Positions 27,513 through 39,125 of a DNA stretch of 64,000 nt are shown one piece after another. Source of the stretch: the human T2T-CHM13v2.0 reference genome, Homo sapiens; the NCBI RefSeq assembly GCF_009914755.1, contig NC_060931.1; one strand, written 5' to 3'. The notes beneath the pieces were generated by a model that did not search any database, was not told the origin of the DNA, and saw only the letters and a list, made by a program, of their open reading frames with translations. Position 1 is the stretch's first letter. Every line of letters begins with the position of its first letter. Position numbers and translations under genes: made by a program.

Positions 27513-29007
27513 ATGTGTGTGTGTTTGTGTATATGTGCATGTGGTACATGTGTTGTGTGTGTGCAGGTGTCTGTATATATGTGGGGGGTATATGTGGTGT
27601 GTGATGTATGTATATGTATGTGTGTGGCATGTGTGTGTTTGTATCTATGTACATGTGGTATGTTTATGCATGTAGTTGTATGTTGTGTGTGTCATATGTT
27701 TGTGTGTGCATGTATGTGTGTGGTGTGTGTGTGTATGTGTAGTGTATATGTGTATGCTGTGTATATGTATATGGGGTGTGTATGTGTGTGGTGTGTGTAT
27801 ATGAATGGGATGTGTAGTGTATGTGTGTGCTGTGTATATGTGTATGGGATGTGTGGTGTGCATATGTAGTGTGTATATGTGTGTGAGATGTGTAGTGTGT
27901 GTGTGGTCTGTATATGTGTATGGGATGTGTGGTGTGCAGTGTGTATATGTGCATGGGATATGCGGTGTGTATGTATGGTGTGTTCATGTGATGTGTATAT
28001 GTGTGTGGGATGCATGATGTGTGGTGGATATGTGTGTTTGGGATATGTGGTGTGTATGTGTGGGGTATGTGTGTGTATGGGATGTGTAATGTGTGGTGTG
28101 TGTGTGTGTATGGGATGTGTGGTGTATGGTGTATATATGTGTATAGGATATATGGTGTGTATGTGTGGTGTGTGTGCAAGTAATATGTATATGTGTGCAG
28201 GATATGTGGAGTGTGGTGTATATGTGTGTATTGGATGTGTGGTGTGTATGTGTAGTGTGTGTGGTGTGCATGTGTGCATGGGATGTGTGGTGTGTATGGG
28301 ATATATGGTGTGTGGTGTGTATATGTTTATGGGATGTGTGGTATGTATGTGTGATGTGTATGTGTATGGGATATATGATGTGTATGGGATGTGTGGTGTG
28401 TGGTGTGGATATGTATATGGGATGTATGGTGTGTATGTGTGTGAGATGTGTGGTGTGTATATGTGTTGTGTGTGAGATGTGTGGTGTGTATATGTGTTGT
28501 GTATGTGTATGGGATGTGTGGTATGTGGTGTGTATGTGTGTATGGGAGGTGTGTTGTGTATGTGTGTGTGGGATGTGTGGTGTGTGGTGTGTATGTGTGT
28601 ATGGGATGTGTGGTGTGTATGTGTGGTGTGTATGTGTGTATGGGATGTGTGGTGTGTATGTGTGGTGTGTATGTGTGTATGGGATGTGTAGTGTGTATGT
28701 GTGGTGTGTATGTGTGTATGGGATGTGTGGTGTGTGGTGCATAGTGTGTATGTGTGTATGGGATGTGTGGTGTGTGGTGTGTATGTGTGTTGTATGTGTA
28801 TGGGATGTGTAGTGTGTATGTGTGTTATATGTGTATGGGATGTGTGGTGTGTATGGGATGTATGGTGTGTATGTGTGTATGGGAAGCGTGGTATGTGGTG
28901 TGTATATGTTTATGGGATGTGTGCTGTGTATATGTTTATGGGATGTGTGGTGTGTATGTGTGTATGGGATGTGTGGTGTGTCTGTGGTGTATGTGTGCAC
29001 ATGCATG
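27513..29007. repeat. Complex TG-rich minisatellite (TGTGTA / TGGGATG / TGTGG units; 39-bp period near 28600-28730)
   Basis: About 1.5 kb, almost free of C on the + strand; ATGGGATG recurs at 28601, 28640, 28679 and 28718. Confidence 0.95.
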
Positions 29008-30619
29008 TGGCAGCTGAGCCACTGGGGTGTTTGCTGTGCCTGGGAGCAGGCCATGTGGGTAGGTAGGCCTGGCTCTATTGATTCCTAGCTGTTGGCCCTG
29101 GCAGGTGGCTCTGCTGTTCCTTCATTGTGAGGTGAGGGCGCCCCCTCACCCGATCCTGGCTGTCATGTCTGTGAAGCCTGACCCAGCAGGGCACAGCATA
29201 GAGGGCTGTCCAGAGCAGCTGCACTGATATCATCATCATCTGCATTTTGGCCTGCTCCATGTCTGACATTCCTGTTAAGCAGGTGGCTTTAGGGAGAAGC
29301 ATTGACACACTGACCCCTACAAAAAGCTTACAGTTCCTCAGTGATAAAACACAGGGTGCAGCCCGTGGCCAGGCTGGGTCCCCGGAGAAGACTCAGTTGG
29401 CAAACGCCATGTGGTTGCCACAGCTGGAAGCACTGGGGGAGGAGGAGCCCTGCCTGGCCCCGGCGGGGGCAGGGGGAGGGTGCAGGGGGAGGGTGCAGAG
29501 GGAGGGGATGAGTCATTTTGCCACAGGCACGCATGTGCTGGTGAAGGGGCGTGCGTGGGGACCATGGGTCACATCTCGGCTGTCCCCTTCTTTAGGAAGG
29601 GGTGGAGGTGGCAGGAGTGGGGCGGGTTGCAGGCTCAGAGGCACAGGAGGCCCGCACTCGCTCTGAGGCTGAGGAATAAATGGTGTGGTGCTGGAAAGGG
29701 AACCCTCAAACCTGCTGACCTGGGAATAGCCCTTCAGGGGGCCTGTCAGATAGCTCGCCCTTGGGACAGGCGGTGGCGAGAGGCCAGGAGGCCTTTGGTG
29801 CAGGAGGGGAAGAAAGGCAGGGAGGGGCGTCTCAGAGGGCAGAGAAGGGCATCTCAGCAGCCCCGTGGTGTTTGCCCCTTTGAGGCGGTTCCATCCGTTG
29901 GCTGCATTGTCCACTTCGGTGACTGGGGCCACAGTGATTCTGCTGAATGCAATGGGAACTGTACCCAGAGTAGGGGTTCGCATGAGACCAAGGGATGGTG
30001 TCTAGCCACGGAACAGTCTGGAAGGTAGGGATGTAAGTCATAGGGCAAGTTCCATCTGTGGGACACTATCAGCTCAGGAGGGACAGCCAACAAAACAGCA
30101 GGACCACAGGGGCCCTGGGGAGTAAATGCCTTTAATTGTCTAAGAGAGGAGCAAAGAAGGAGACAGAGTGAGTTGTGTGATTCGGGTAAAATTTCTAGAA
30201 AGAAACATGGCGAGAGGAGTTGCTGGGGACAGGATAATGCCCTAGAAAGAGGTGTCTGGGGGTTGGCGGTGGGTTTCCCACAAGCGGCTCGGTAGGATTG
30301 GGGCAAAACCAACCATGTGAGAGGGACCGGGAGCGGCACAGGAGAGGAGGCAGCAGCTGTGGGCTGTCAGGCATCAGGAACCAAGGGAAGAAAGAAGACA
30401 AGGAGCTGGTTGGGGTCGGGGGTCACAGGACTAGGGGATGGTATTTACAGGGTAGTCTTTTTAGGAGAATGTTTAAATGTGATTGAAGTCCAGTAAGTGG
30501 GAGCTAGCAGAATAGAAAGGATTAAAATCTAACTAGCAGCCCCAGGGTAGGCCGGCGTGAGTCACCTATGAGCTGGGCCTGGGCCTGGACTATCCCCTAG
30601 GTTTCCTCTTGGCGCTCTT

Positions 30620-30856
30620 CTCCCTTCCCTCAGGGCTCTGTGCAGTGGTCTCCACACAGAGAGGTCTTCCTGGACACATGCCCTAAGATAGCGTTCTCAG
30701 CACTGTTGCTCCTTGCCCTGCCTTATAGCAGCAACGTCACCACTCGTAGATGAAGGACTCAGCTCTGATTTGCTCCCTGCGTGATCCCCAGTACCTGGGC
30801 ATCCCCCAGCCTAGAGTAGGTGCTGTCTGATACATTGGTATTGAATGAATGAATGG
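30620..30856 (+). mobile_element. L2 LINE 3' end fragment
   Basis: ccccagtacctgg...agtaggtgct...tgaatgaatgaatg is the L2 terminal signature. Confidence 0.55.
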
Positions 30857-30979
30857 GAATGTGGCACTGCTTTCTCAAAGATGAGGGCAAATGGAGCATG
30901 TAGGACAGTAGAGAGAACTTTCAAAGTGAGAGGAGAGAATTTGAGGCTGCATCTGATGTTCATCATCTTATTTTAGGTC

Positions 30980-31152
30980 ACTGTTTCTCAGTGGGCACGA
31001 TGATATTTGATGTAGGGGGCACTTCTTTGGGTGAGACTGTCCCTCCCATTGCAGGATATTTAGCCACCCACATCACAAGTGGTACCATGGTGATTGTGAT
31101 ACCCAAAATGTCTCCACATTTCTCAGGTGAGGACCCTGCTGGAAAAGCCACC
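30980..31152. mobile_element. MER20-like hAT-Charlie DNA transposon
   Basis: cactgtttctca...gactgtcc...cattgcaggatatttagc...ccaaaatgtctccacatt matches MER20. Confidence 0.6.
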
Positions 31153-32425
31153 AGTTAGCCCGGACACATTCGTCCTCACTTCCTTCAGTACTTCCCACTC
31201 GTAAGAGCTTTGAAAATTCAGAAGGGCAATCTTTGGCAGATTTGTTAAGGTTTTTTAATATAGCCAGTAATGTTCCAGAATCTGACATGTGAATTTTAAA
31301 AAAAAACTATAGAGAAATTGGACCAGAAAGGTTGAAAAATGCCAAACCTTGCATTTTCAACCATGCTTGCAGTGATGACTATGTGTCTTCAAAGGTGCAG
31401 ATTAACTATGGAAAGTTGCTTATTTTTATAAACAAAAACCAATGTTAATCTTCATTTTATTTTGATGCCTTACACTCAAGATCACATTGAACCTAATTCG
31501 TTCAATAAATAGAACCAACTTCTAGAAAATAAAGAGATCCTTAGATTAAAAGTGCTGTCAGAGTAGATAGATAACATTTTCTGTTGCCGGGTTTTTGGTC
31601 CCAGTTTTATTTTCTGCCTTGTTCCATCTGTGTTGAAAGAATAGTTAGCTCTGTGTATAAAACAACCAACTGACATTTCGTTAACTTTCCTTCTACATGG
31701 GGTTTCAGAAAGAAATGGGGAAAAAAAGGCTGGGGGGTTGAGCTGTGGTTGCCAGTTGCCACCTGTCCCCCTATCTGGTTAGGGCATTTTCTGATTTGGG
31801 AAGTGTAAATATAACCCAGAAAAAACAGCTTCCCCTCCTTTTATGCAAAAGTAGAAAGGCTTAAACAGAGTACAGCCTTAACATTGCCCCGGAAAGTTTC
31901 CACAGAACCCGTTAGACTAAATGAAAGCTCTTGCTCTGGGGGAGTGGGCCATGCCAGGAAGCTGCCCTACCAAGCCCTCTCTTGCTGGCAAGGCAGGGCT
32001 GGGCCTGGGCTACTGTCTCCCACCAGATAAGCCCAGCTTTCTTCAAGGCCCTAACAGGAACCTACATTTCACAAATTACCGCAGACATGCTCACAATTTT
32101 AAACTCTTTGCCTGTTAGGATCAGTGAGATAACAGAAACTTATAGGGAACTCAGAAAGCATGCTCCGGTGAGCAGTGAGCCACCTAGAATCAGCCAACTG
32201 GTAATATGCGGAAAATCTGCCAGGTTGTTGGTAAACTTTTGGTAGCTTGAAGTCTACCGTGGTTGGGAGTATTTACACCACAGAAATCGGTGAACGCTGC
32301 AAATCAAGGCTTTTTCTTTTTGAGAGCTGGTTTATCTGTGCACCACTAGCTTAAATACACTTTTAATGTCCTGACAGCTGAAATTTGACAGTGAAATTTG
32401 AAAGGAGGAATTCTTTTGGGTAGGG

Positions 32426-32426
<1 letters not shown>

Positions 32427-32470
<44 letters not shown>
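32427..32470. repeat. (TG)22 microsatellite
   Basis: Perfect 44-nt TG dinucleotide repeat. Confidence 0.97.
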
Positions 32471-32472
<2 letters not shown>

Positions 32473-32682
32473 GTGGAGGAGGAGCTGGGAAAGGGTGAAT
32501 CTATTGGGGAGGACTGTGGGGTACATATAATTTGTCCAACAGAAGAGTTGGTTCCAAATGACTCTTTGCTGTTGAAGTCACAAACTGGAAATGTTGGAGC
32601 AACTAGACTCTCCATATTCTAAACAAAACACATCTTTAGCATTTAGTTTGGTTGCTGGGGGAGTATGATTAGAAAAGGATTT

Positions 32683-32983
<301 letters not shown>

Positions 32984-33029
32984 AGAAAAGGATTCTGTGT
33001 CTTATTTATGAGCTATTATGCTATTGCTG

Positions 33030-33071
33030 TTATTTGGGGCTGAATGATTTTTATTTGGGGCTGAATTATTT
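33030..33071. repeat. 21-bp tandem duplication
   Basis: TTATTTGGGGCTGAAT(G/T)ATTT present twice, head to tail. Confidence 0.85.
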
Positions 33072-34292
33072 TTAAATGTAAAGCAAGATGTCTAAATTAC
33101 ATTAATATGTTACTAAATTACTATGATTTTTCCAGAAAAATATTAGCCCATGCAATATTCTTTAATTCCTGTGATTAAGTTGGTCTTCTGCAAAGAAATT
33201 TCTGTTGACTTCCTTAGATTAAATGCAGCCCTGAGATAGGTGTGCAGGTCCAGGAAGTGGCCTGTGCAGTTCTCCCTGTGCCTGCAGGGGTGGCTTCTTG
33301 AGGATACTTTCGCAGTAAGGGCTTAGCAATATGCGCATGTCTAAGGAGTCTATCAGAAAACTACCTCCACTGTGGAAGGGCTGGGGATTGTATTTTTGTG
33401 CTTTGAAGCACCTGACACTTGCTGTAACTCCATTAACTGAAGAGCCGTTTGGTGCCCTAATTTCAGGAGTGAGTTCAGCTGCAGGGATCTCAGAGAGACA
33501 GGTCTAGGGTGTGTCTCCGCAAGGCCTGCTGCCAGGAGAGTACTTCCCCCACAGGGGATGTGGCTGCAGGCTGTCGATTTCCACTGAAATCACCAGGAGA
33601 TGATTCTGGTGAAGCCCTGAACATCCGGTGTCACTCCTCACCAGGCTGGGTGTGATCGATGGAAGGCCTTCAGCATGGCCCCCTGCTGCATGGCAGAGCC
33701 CAGTGGCAGATGTGGCTGTTCTCTTTTTCAGAGTGAAGGACTGTTACCCTAGAAGTGAAATCCTGCTGAAATGAGAAAAGTGCTGTTATTATATTTCTAC
33801 AGGCAGCTATATGATCATTTTTATTATGATTCTTGGAACCTGGCAGAATTTTGACTGCTTTTGCAATATCTCTGTGCTCTCCAGTTGAACTTGGTGGCAA
33901 TAAAATTAAGAATCTGCCAGTGCCCCCCAAGCATTTCTACTCTGTCCATAATGTTTAGTGACAATTAACTATTACCAGGTGTAGCCACCCTTACTTAATC
34001 TTAGTGTTATGGTGCAAGTAATCCTTAGTGAAATTATTGTTCTGTAGAGAATGCTGTGATCTAAGTGAAGTGACTTTCATCCTGAGATGACAATGGAGTT
34101 GTTTTTGTCACTGTAAAGGCTGCATTTACTCGCAGTTTTAAAGCATTATTGCTACTTATATATGGTCTCAACACTGATTTTTATATTTGACTTTGTAGCT
34201 TTAAGTGTAAAAATTTCTGTTAAGGTTTTATATGTGTTAGTTAATTTTTCCCATTTCAATAACCATGTTTTATTATTGATGGAGTCTCCTAA

Positions 34293-34657
<365 letters not shown>

Positions 34658-34834
34658 GTATGGAGTCTTTCTAATCAGGACATAGGCAGACAGTCCTAGC
34701 CCAGCTTTATGCCTTATGAGACGCAACAACGTTGAACAGTCATTGTTTGAGGGACAGAGGTTTTACAGATGGATGATAACTAGCATCTGTGGAACATTAT
34801 TTGTGAAATATAGAAATCAGAAATTCCAGCGTAG

Positions 34835-35147
34835 CACTGTCCAAGGGGAACATAATTTGACCTGCATATTTGCTGGTCCATTTTTAGTAGTCACATTAAA
34901 AAAGAAAAATGACACAGGTGAAATTAATTTGAATATATTTTCTTAATTCAGTATGCTTAAATATTATTTAAGTATGTACTCAATATAAGCAATTGTTAAT
35001 GAAATATTTTACTCTTTTTGAACTATGTGTTTGAAACCCCGGATGTATTTTTTTTTTATCTTCACCACACATTTCAATTTGGGTTGGTCACATTTCAAGT
35101 GCTCAGGAGTCACATGCAGCTAGGGGTTACCTATTGGACAGGCAGGC
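34835..35147 (+). mobile_element. MER33 hAT-Charlie DNA transposon
   Basis: gcactgtccaa...tagtagtcacattaaaaa...caggtgaaattaattt...cacatttcaagtgctca...tattggacag follows the MER33 consensus end to end. Confidence 0.8.
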
Positions 35148-36171
35148 AGATCTTGAGAGCTCCAAAGAACTGTGTGTCATTATATTGTGGAAAAAAAAAA
35201 AACTTTTTAGATTAACCCTTGTTGAATGTTAGCCAAAGACTAGTCATTTATCAACTCTCTAAAAGTAGTTTTTAAATCAATTTGCTTTTCAAAACATTTT
35301 CTCAGTGTTGTCACAAATGTATGTGAACATCTGCTTTTTAAGTCTTTCATTTTTTGCCCACATTTGATGTAAAGAAAATCTAGGTCCAGTCCAATTTTAA
35401 CATCAATTGGGTTTATTTTATGTAGCTGTGTTTTAAGTACAGGTCTTGTACTTGTAGGCATTTTGGTTAAGTACAAAGTAACGAGAATACAACAACATGT
35501 GAACATGTCAAACAAATCAGTTTTTCAAAGCTAAGTAGCTGAATTAAATGTAGAAAAACATGACATTTAATTTTTGTCTTCATCCCTTCATTGTATTCCC
35601 ATGTACTCTATGGTAACTTTTTTAAGTTGGGAAGTCCTCTTTAAATTTTTGAAATGAGGTAGCTGCTTTATAGACATGAGGCAGGTTCCCAGAGAGCGCC
35701 CTTGAGGACAGGCTGTAAGTAAACTAAGCTGCAAAGACAGACACCATCACAACTATGGAATTGTTTTGCAAAAATTGTGGAGAGTGATGCCCCTTGATAC
35801 TTCCTAAAAGATGCTTTTGCAACCTGATAAAGCAACCGAGGAGAGGTGGTGAAGGAAAGGCTTTTTTTTTTTTTTTTCAAAGAGAGAAAGAGAAGCAGCA
35901 AGCTGCCTGCCTGCAGCCTGAGAAAGCAGTTCCACCTTGGCACCCATGTCCTCATAGCCCAAGCGGGGCCACCCTGGCATGTGAATCTGCTCCGCAGTGT
36001 GCAGCCCAGACCCCAGCCTTCCTGTGAAAGGGACACCTCCTGCTGCTAACCGCTGCTCTTCCTGCAGTTCAGGAGACAGCGTGTGCTCCTGTGGCGGCTG
36101 CATTTCCTGAGTACACCATGATCCAAAAAGGCACAGATTCGTCATGGAAGCTTTGATTGGGCCGTTACTGT

Positions 36172-36522
36172 CTTTTGACCTTTCTTGTTTGCTTGCCCTT
36201 TTGTTTCTTTCCTCCTTTTTCCTTCCTTCCTGTCTTTCTTCTTCCTTCCTTCCTTTCTTCCTTTTTCTTTTTAATTTTCCTCCTTTCTCTTTCTCCTTTC
36301 TTTCCTTCCTTCTTTCCTCTTTTTTTCTTTCCTCCCTCCCTCCCTTTCTTTCTTCCTTCCTTTCTTTCTTCCCTCCTTCCCTCCCCACCCTCCCTCCCTT
36401 CCCCTCGTCTCCCTTCCCCTCGTCTCCCTTCCCCTCCCCTCCCTCCCTCCCTTCCTCCTTTTTCTTTCCCTTTCCTCCTTCCTTCCTTCCTCTCTTCTTT
36501 TCTCCATCCCTTTCTTCCTTTT
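36172..36522. repeat. Long homopyrimidine (TTCC/CCCT/TTTC)n tract
   Basis: About 350 nt of almost pure C/T on the + strand, including a 15-bp tandem CTTCCCCTCGTCTCC. Confidence 0.92.
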
Positions 36523-38159
36523 AACATTTGATCATGGGTACCATTTCATCAAGATTCTGTTACTTAGGTCCAAGGACTAGTGACCAAATTGTTTTTCCCA
36601 GGAGTAAACTTTTCTACAAGACATAGAGAAATGACTGCCAGTGCCATCAGGCACACCATCCTGTGTGATAGGTAACCTAAAATAATGGTACAGCGGGGAG
36701 TAACTGGAAGAGTCACAACTACACAAATCTCTTGCATTTTCCTGATCATTAAATGAATTAGGGATTTCCTGGTTTGAGATTTGTGGACAAGGAGAACTAC
36801 TTCTTTGTACAAGAGGCTTGTGCCAGGAGAAGACACGCTGTGGTTACAATGTTACTGTCTCTAGCTATGGTCATTTCATGTCTTTAACTGAGTGTACCTA
36901 GAGTGTAATACAGTGCAGCAGTGATGGGCTGAAGGCCTAATGCACCAGCACACATGCCTGGAAGACCTAACGTTGAGAATCCGCATTTTTTTCATCACTC
37001 ACATTTATTTTGCATCTCCCTGTTTTGATTACCTTCAGAGACCCAAGCACTTGCTTTTGTATATTTGAGTCTGGGTTTTATTTTCCTTTTAGAAATAGTC
37101 CAAAATCCTTTTAGAGCCTAGACCTTTGAATAAAGTGCTAACTTAACCTGAGGAATGCTGTTTTTTTGTTCACAAATAAGGCTTAATTGTGAAGTCGTGA
37201 GAATTGCTTTCTGAGCTGACTTATAAATTTACCCACCTCTTTTTCCCCAAACCCCCAAAAAATCCTCCAGAAGGTGAGCCCAGCTTGTTGTAAAAGATTT
37301 TGAAGCAGAAGTCCTGGGTTTAAGCTTCAGTTCTCTGCCTTACCAGAATCGGGATGTGTGGGGCAGGCCTACCTCCTCTTTCTTCATCTGCAAAATACAT
37401 TGAATGAAATCATATTTTTTCCTAAGTATATGACATGTAAAGTGGTATTTCAAAAACTCATTAATCTGCATGACCAGGTCAGAAAAGACACACCTTTTGC
37501 CTTGTGTCTAGTGTGTGACTGTCCTCACATGTAGATGACCCAGGCCACATCCGCTGATGTTGTCTTCCTTTACTTCTTTGTCCCTTCCAATGACTCCTTT
37601 ATGAAGTCAATCAGCAGTGTTTCTAAGCCAGGTTCCTTCTCTTCACACATCCCCAACCCACAGGGCAAGTCATCCACATTTTGCCTCTCTATTTTTTGTG
37701 CTTTGGGAAACACATTTTACAACTTCCAAACTATTTGCCTAAGTTCATCTGAGCACATCTAGAATTATTCCACTCCTCTGCATCAGTGCTAAAAGTACAA
37801 TCATGTATAAGCTGTTATACTCCCGTTATTTTGTACCTCATGTGCAGGTAGATTGCAAGTTCCTTGCAGGCAGGTACTACATCTACTTGAATTGCTTCAC
37901 GATCACATAACACAATGCAGTGTTAAAAGTAGAAAAGTAATTGACATCTTGACTAACAGAAACACTAAATTCAGTGTATTGTGATGATACCTTTTTAAGA
38001 GATAGGCTATAGAAATAGAAAATCATCTTAGTTGGAATTGAAAGTCAAGAAGCAACATTTTAAGTAAGAGATGAAAATACTTAAAAGGGAAAGGAGCAGT
38101 GCTTACACAGATGAGGGGAAAAAATAAAATGTATCATCTAAAAATTTAAATCAAATATA

Positions 38160-38239
38160 TTAGGTTGGTGCAAAAGTAACTGCGATTTTTGCCATTAAAA
38201 GTAATAGCAAAAACCACGGTTACTTTTGCACCAACCTAA
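38160..38239. mobile_element. Made1 MITE (Hsmar1 mariner-derived), full length
   Basis: 80-bp palindrome TTAGGTTGGTGCAAAAGTAAC...GTTACTTTTGCACCAACCTAA with 37-bp arms (4 mismatches), flanked by TA target-site duplications. Confidence 0.95.
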
Positions 38240-38410
38240 TAGATGGGAAAAATAAGAGGAATGAATATTTTAAGCTTTGCTATATAATTAAAATATTCTT
38301 AGAAGTCTGGAGTCTGTGAAGGTCACACCCTCTGGTCTTCTCCCAGCCCATAGGGTATAAATAATCTGAATTGACGGCATCCAGGGATCTCAGAAATTAT
38401 TAGTACATCC

Positions 38411-38438
38411 CACAGTGAATTACCACCTTACTAAAATA
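38411..38438 (+). other. Cryptic 12-RSS in intron 3 (likely the IK6 / exon 4-7 deletion breakpoint)
   Basis: Perfect heptamer CACAGTG, 12-nt spacer AATTACCACCTT, then ACTAAAATA (6/9 match to ACAAAAACC); the orientation deletes downstream exons. Confidence 0.85.
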
Positions 38439-38980
38439 TTCATGGGTATATACTATGGATTTGTTTTATCCTATTTAGTCTTAAAAACTATAAAGAAATC
38501 TGCAGGCTTATTAACATATTACTCAGAATCATATTGTCTCCAAAGCACAAACTGAATCAGTTACAAGATATTGGACTAGAGATCATGGCAAATCAGAGGT
38601 ACATAAGACCTAGTTCCGTTGTGGAGCTAAACAAACTGCAGAGACCTAAAGGGAAGCCTTGCACCACACTCTAGGTTTGGAGCTCAGGTTTTGAGTGGTG
38701 TCAGCACTCCAGAACACATGGGATCCCCGGGAGGTGGAAATTGAGCCGTCTTTGGAGAATCAGCTAATGAGACAGATGCATGTTAAATGTCTGTTGTGGC
38801 CCAGGCACTCTGCTAGGCAGAGGGGTGAACCAGAAGAATGAGATTCATGGGGCCAAAGAATTTGCCTTCTGGTGTAAGAAAAGATGGAGGCAGCTTGGCA
38901 GAAAGAAAAAAAAGGTAAAAGATAGAAATGAAATACAGAATAATCTATCTCCTCATCCCACAAGCAATTCTGCCTGGTTT

Positions 38981-39125
38981 GTGGCTCACGCCTGTAATCC
39001 CAGCACTTTGGGAGGCCGAGGCAGGAGGATCACTTGAGGTCAGGAGTTCGAGACTAGCCTGGACCACAAGGTGAAACCTCATCTCTACTAAAAATGCAAA
39101 AAAATTTAGGGCCGGGTGCAGTGGC
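38981..39125 (+). mobile_element. Partial, circularly permuted Alu left arm with no poly(A) tail
   Basis: Starts GTGGCTCACGCC, runs through the A-rich linker and ends GGCCGGGTGCAGTGGC; flanked by 18-bp direct repeats GCA(A/G)TTCTGCCTGGTTTG. Confidence 0.88.

Noticed and set aside
28600-28730. 39-bp periodic repeat as a CRISPR-like array
   Set aside because: Head-to-tail units with no unique spacers, in human intronic DNA with no cas genes.
27408-29088. Many long ORFs (up to 356 aa; His/Thr/Pro/Tyr- or Cys/Val/Met-rich)
   Set aside because: These are translations of the TG-rich minisatellite, which lacks stop codons in several frames because of its composition; there is no splice or domain evidence.
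29247-30339. Overlapping 140-205 aa ORFs on both strands
   Set aside because: GC-rich sequence depleted of stop codons; no recognisable domain or exon structure.
35804-36531. Lys/Glu/Arg-rich and Phe/Ser/Pro-rich ORFs
   Set aside because: Artefacts of the homopyrimidine tract.
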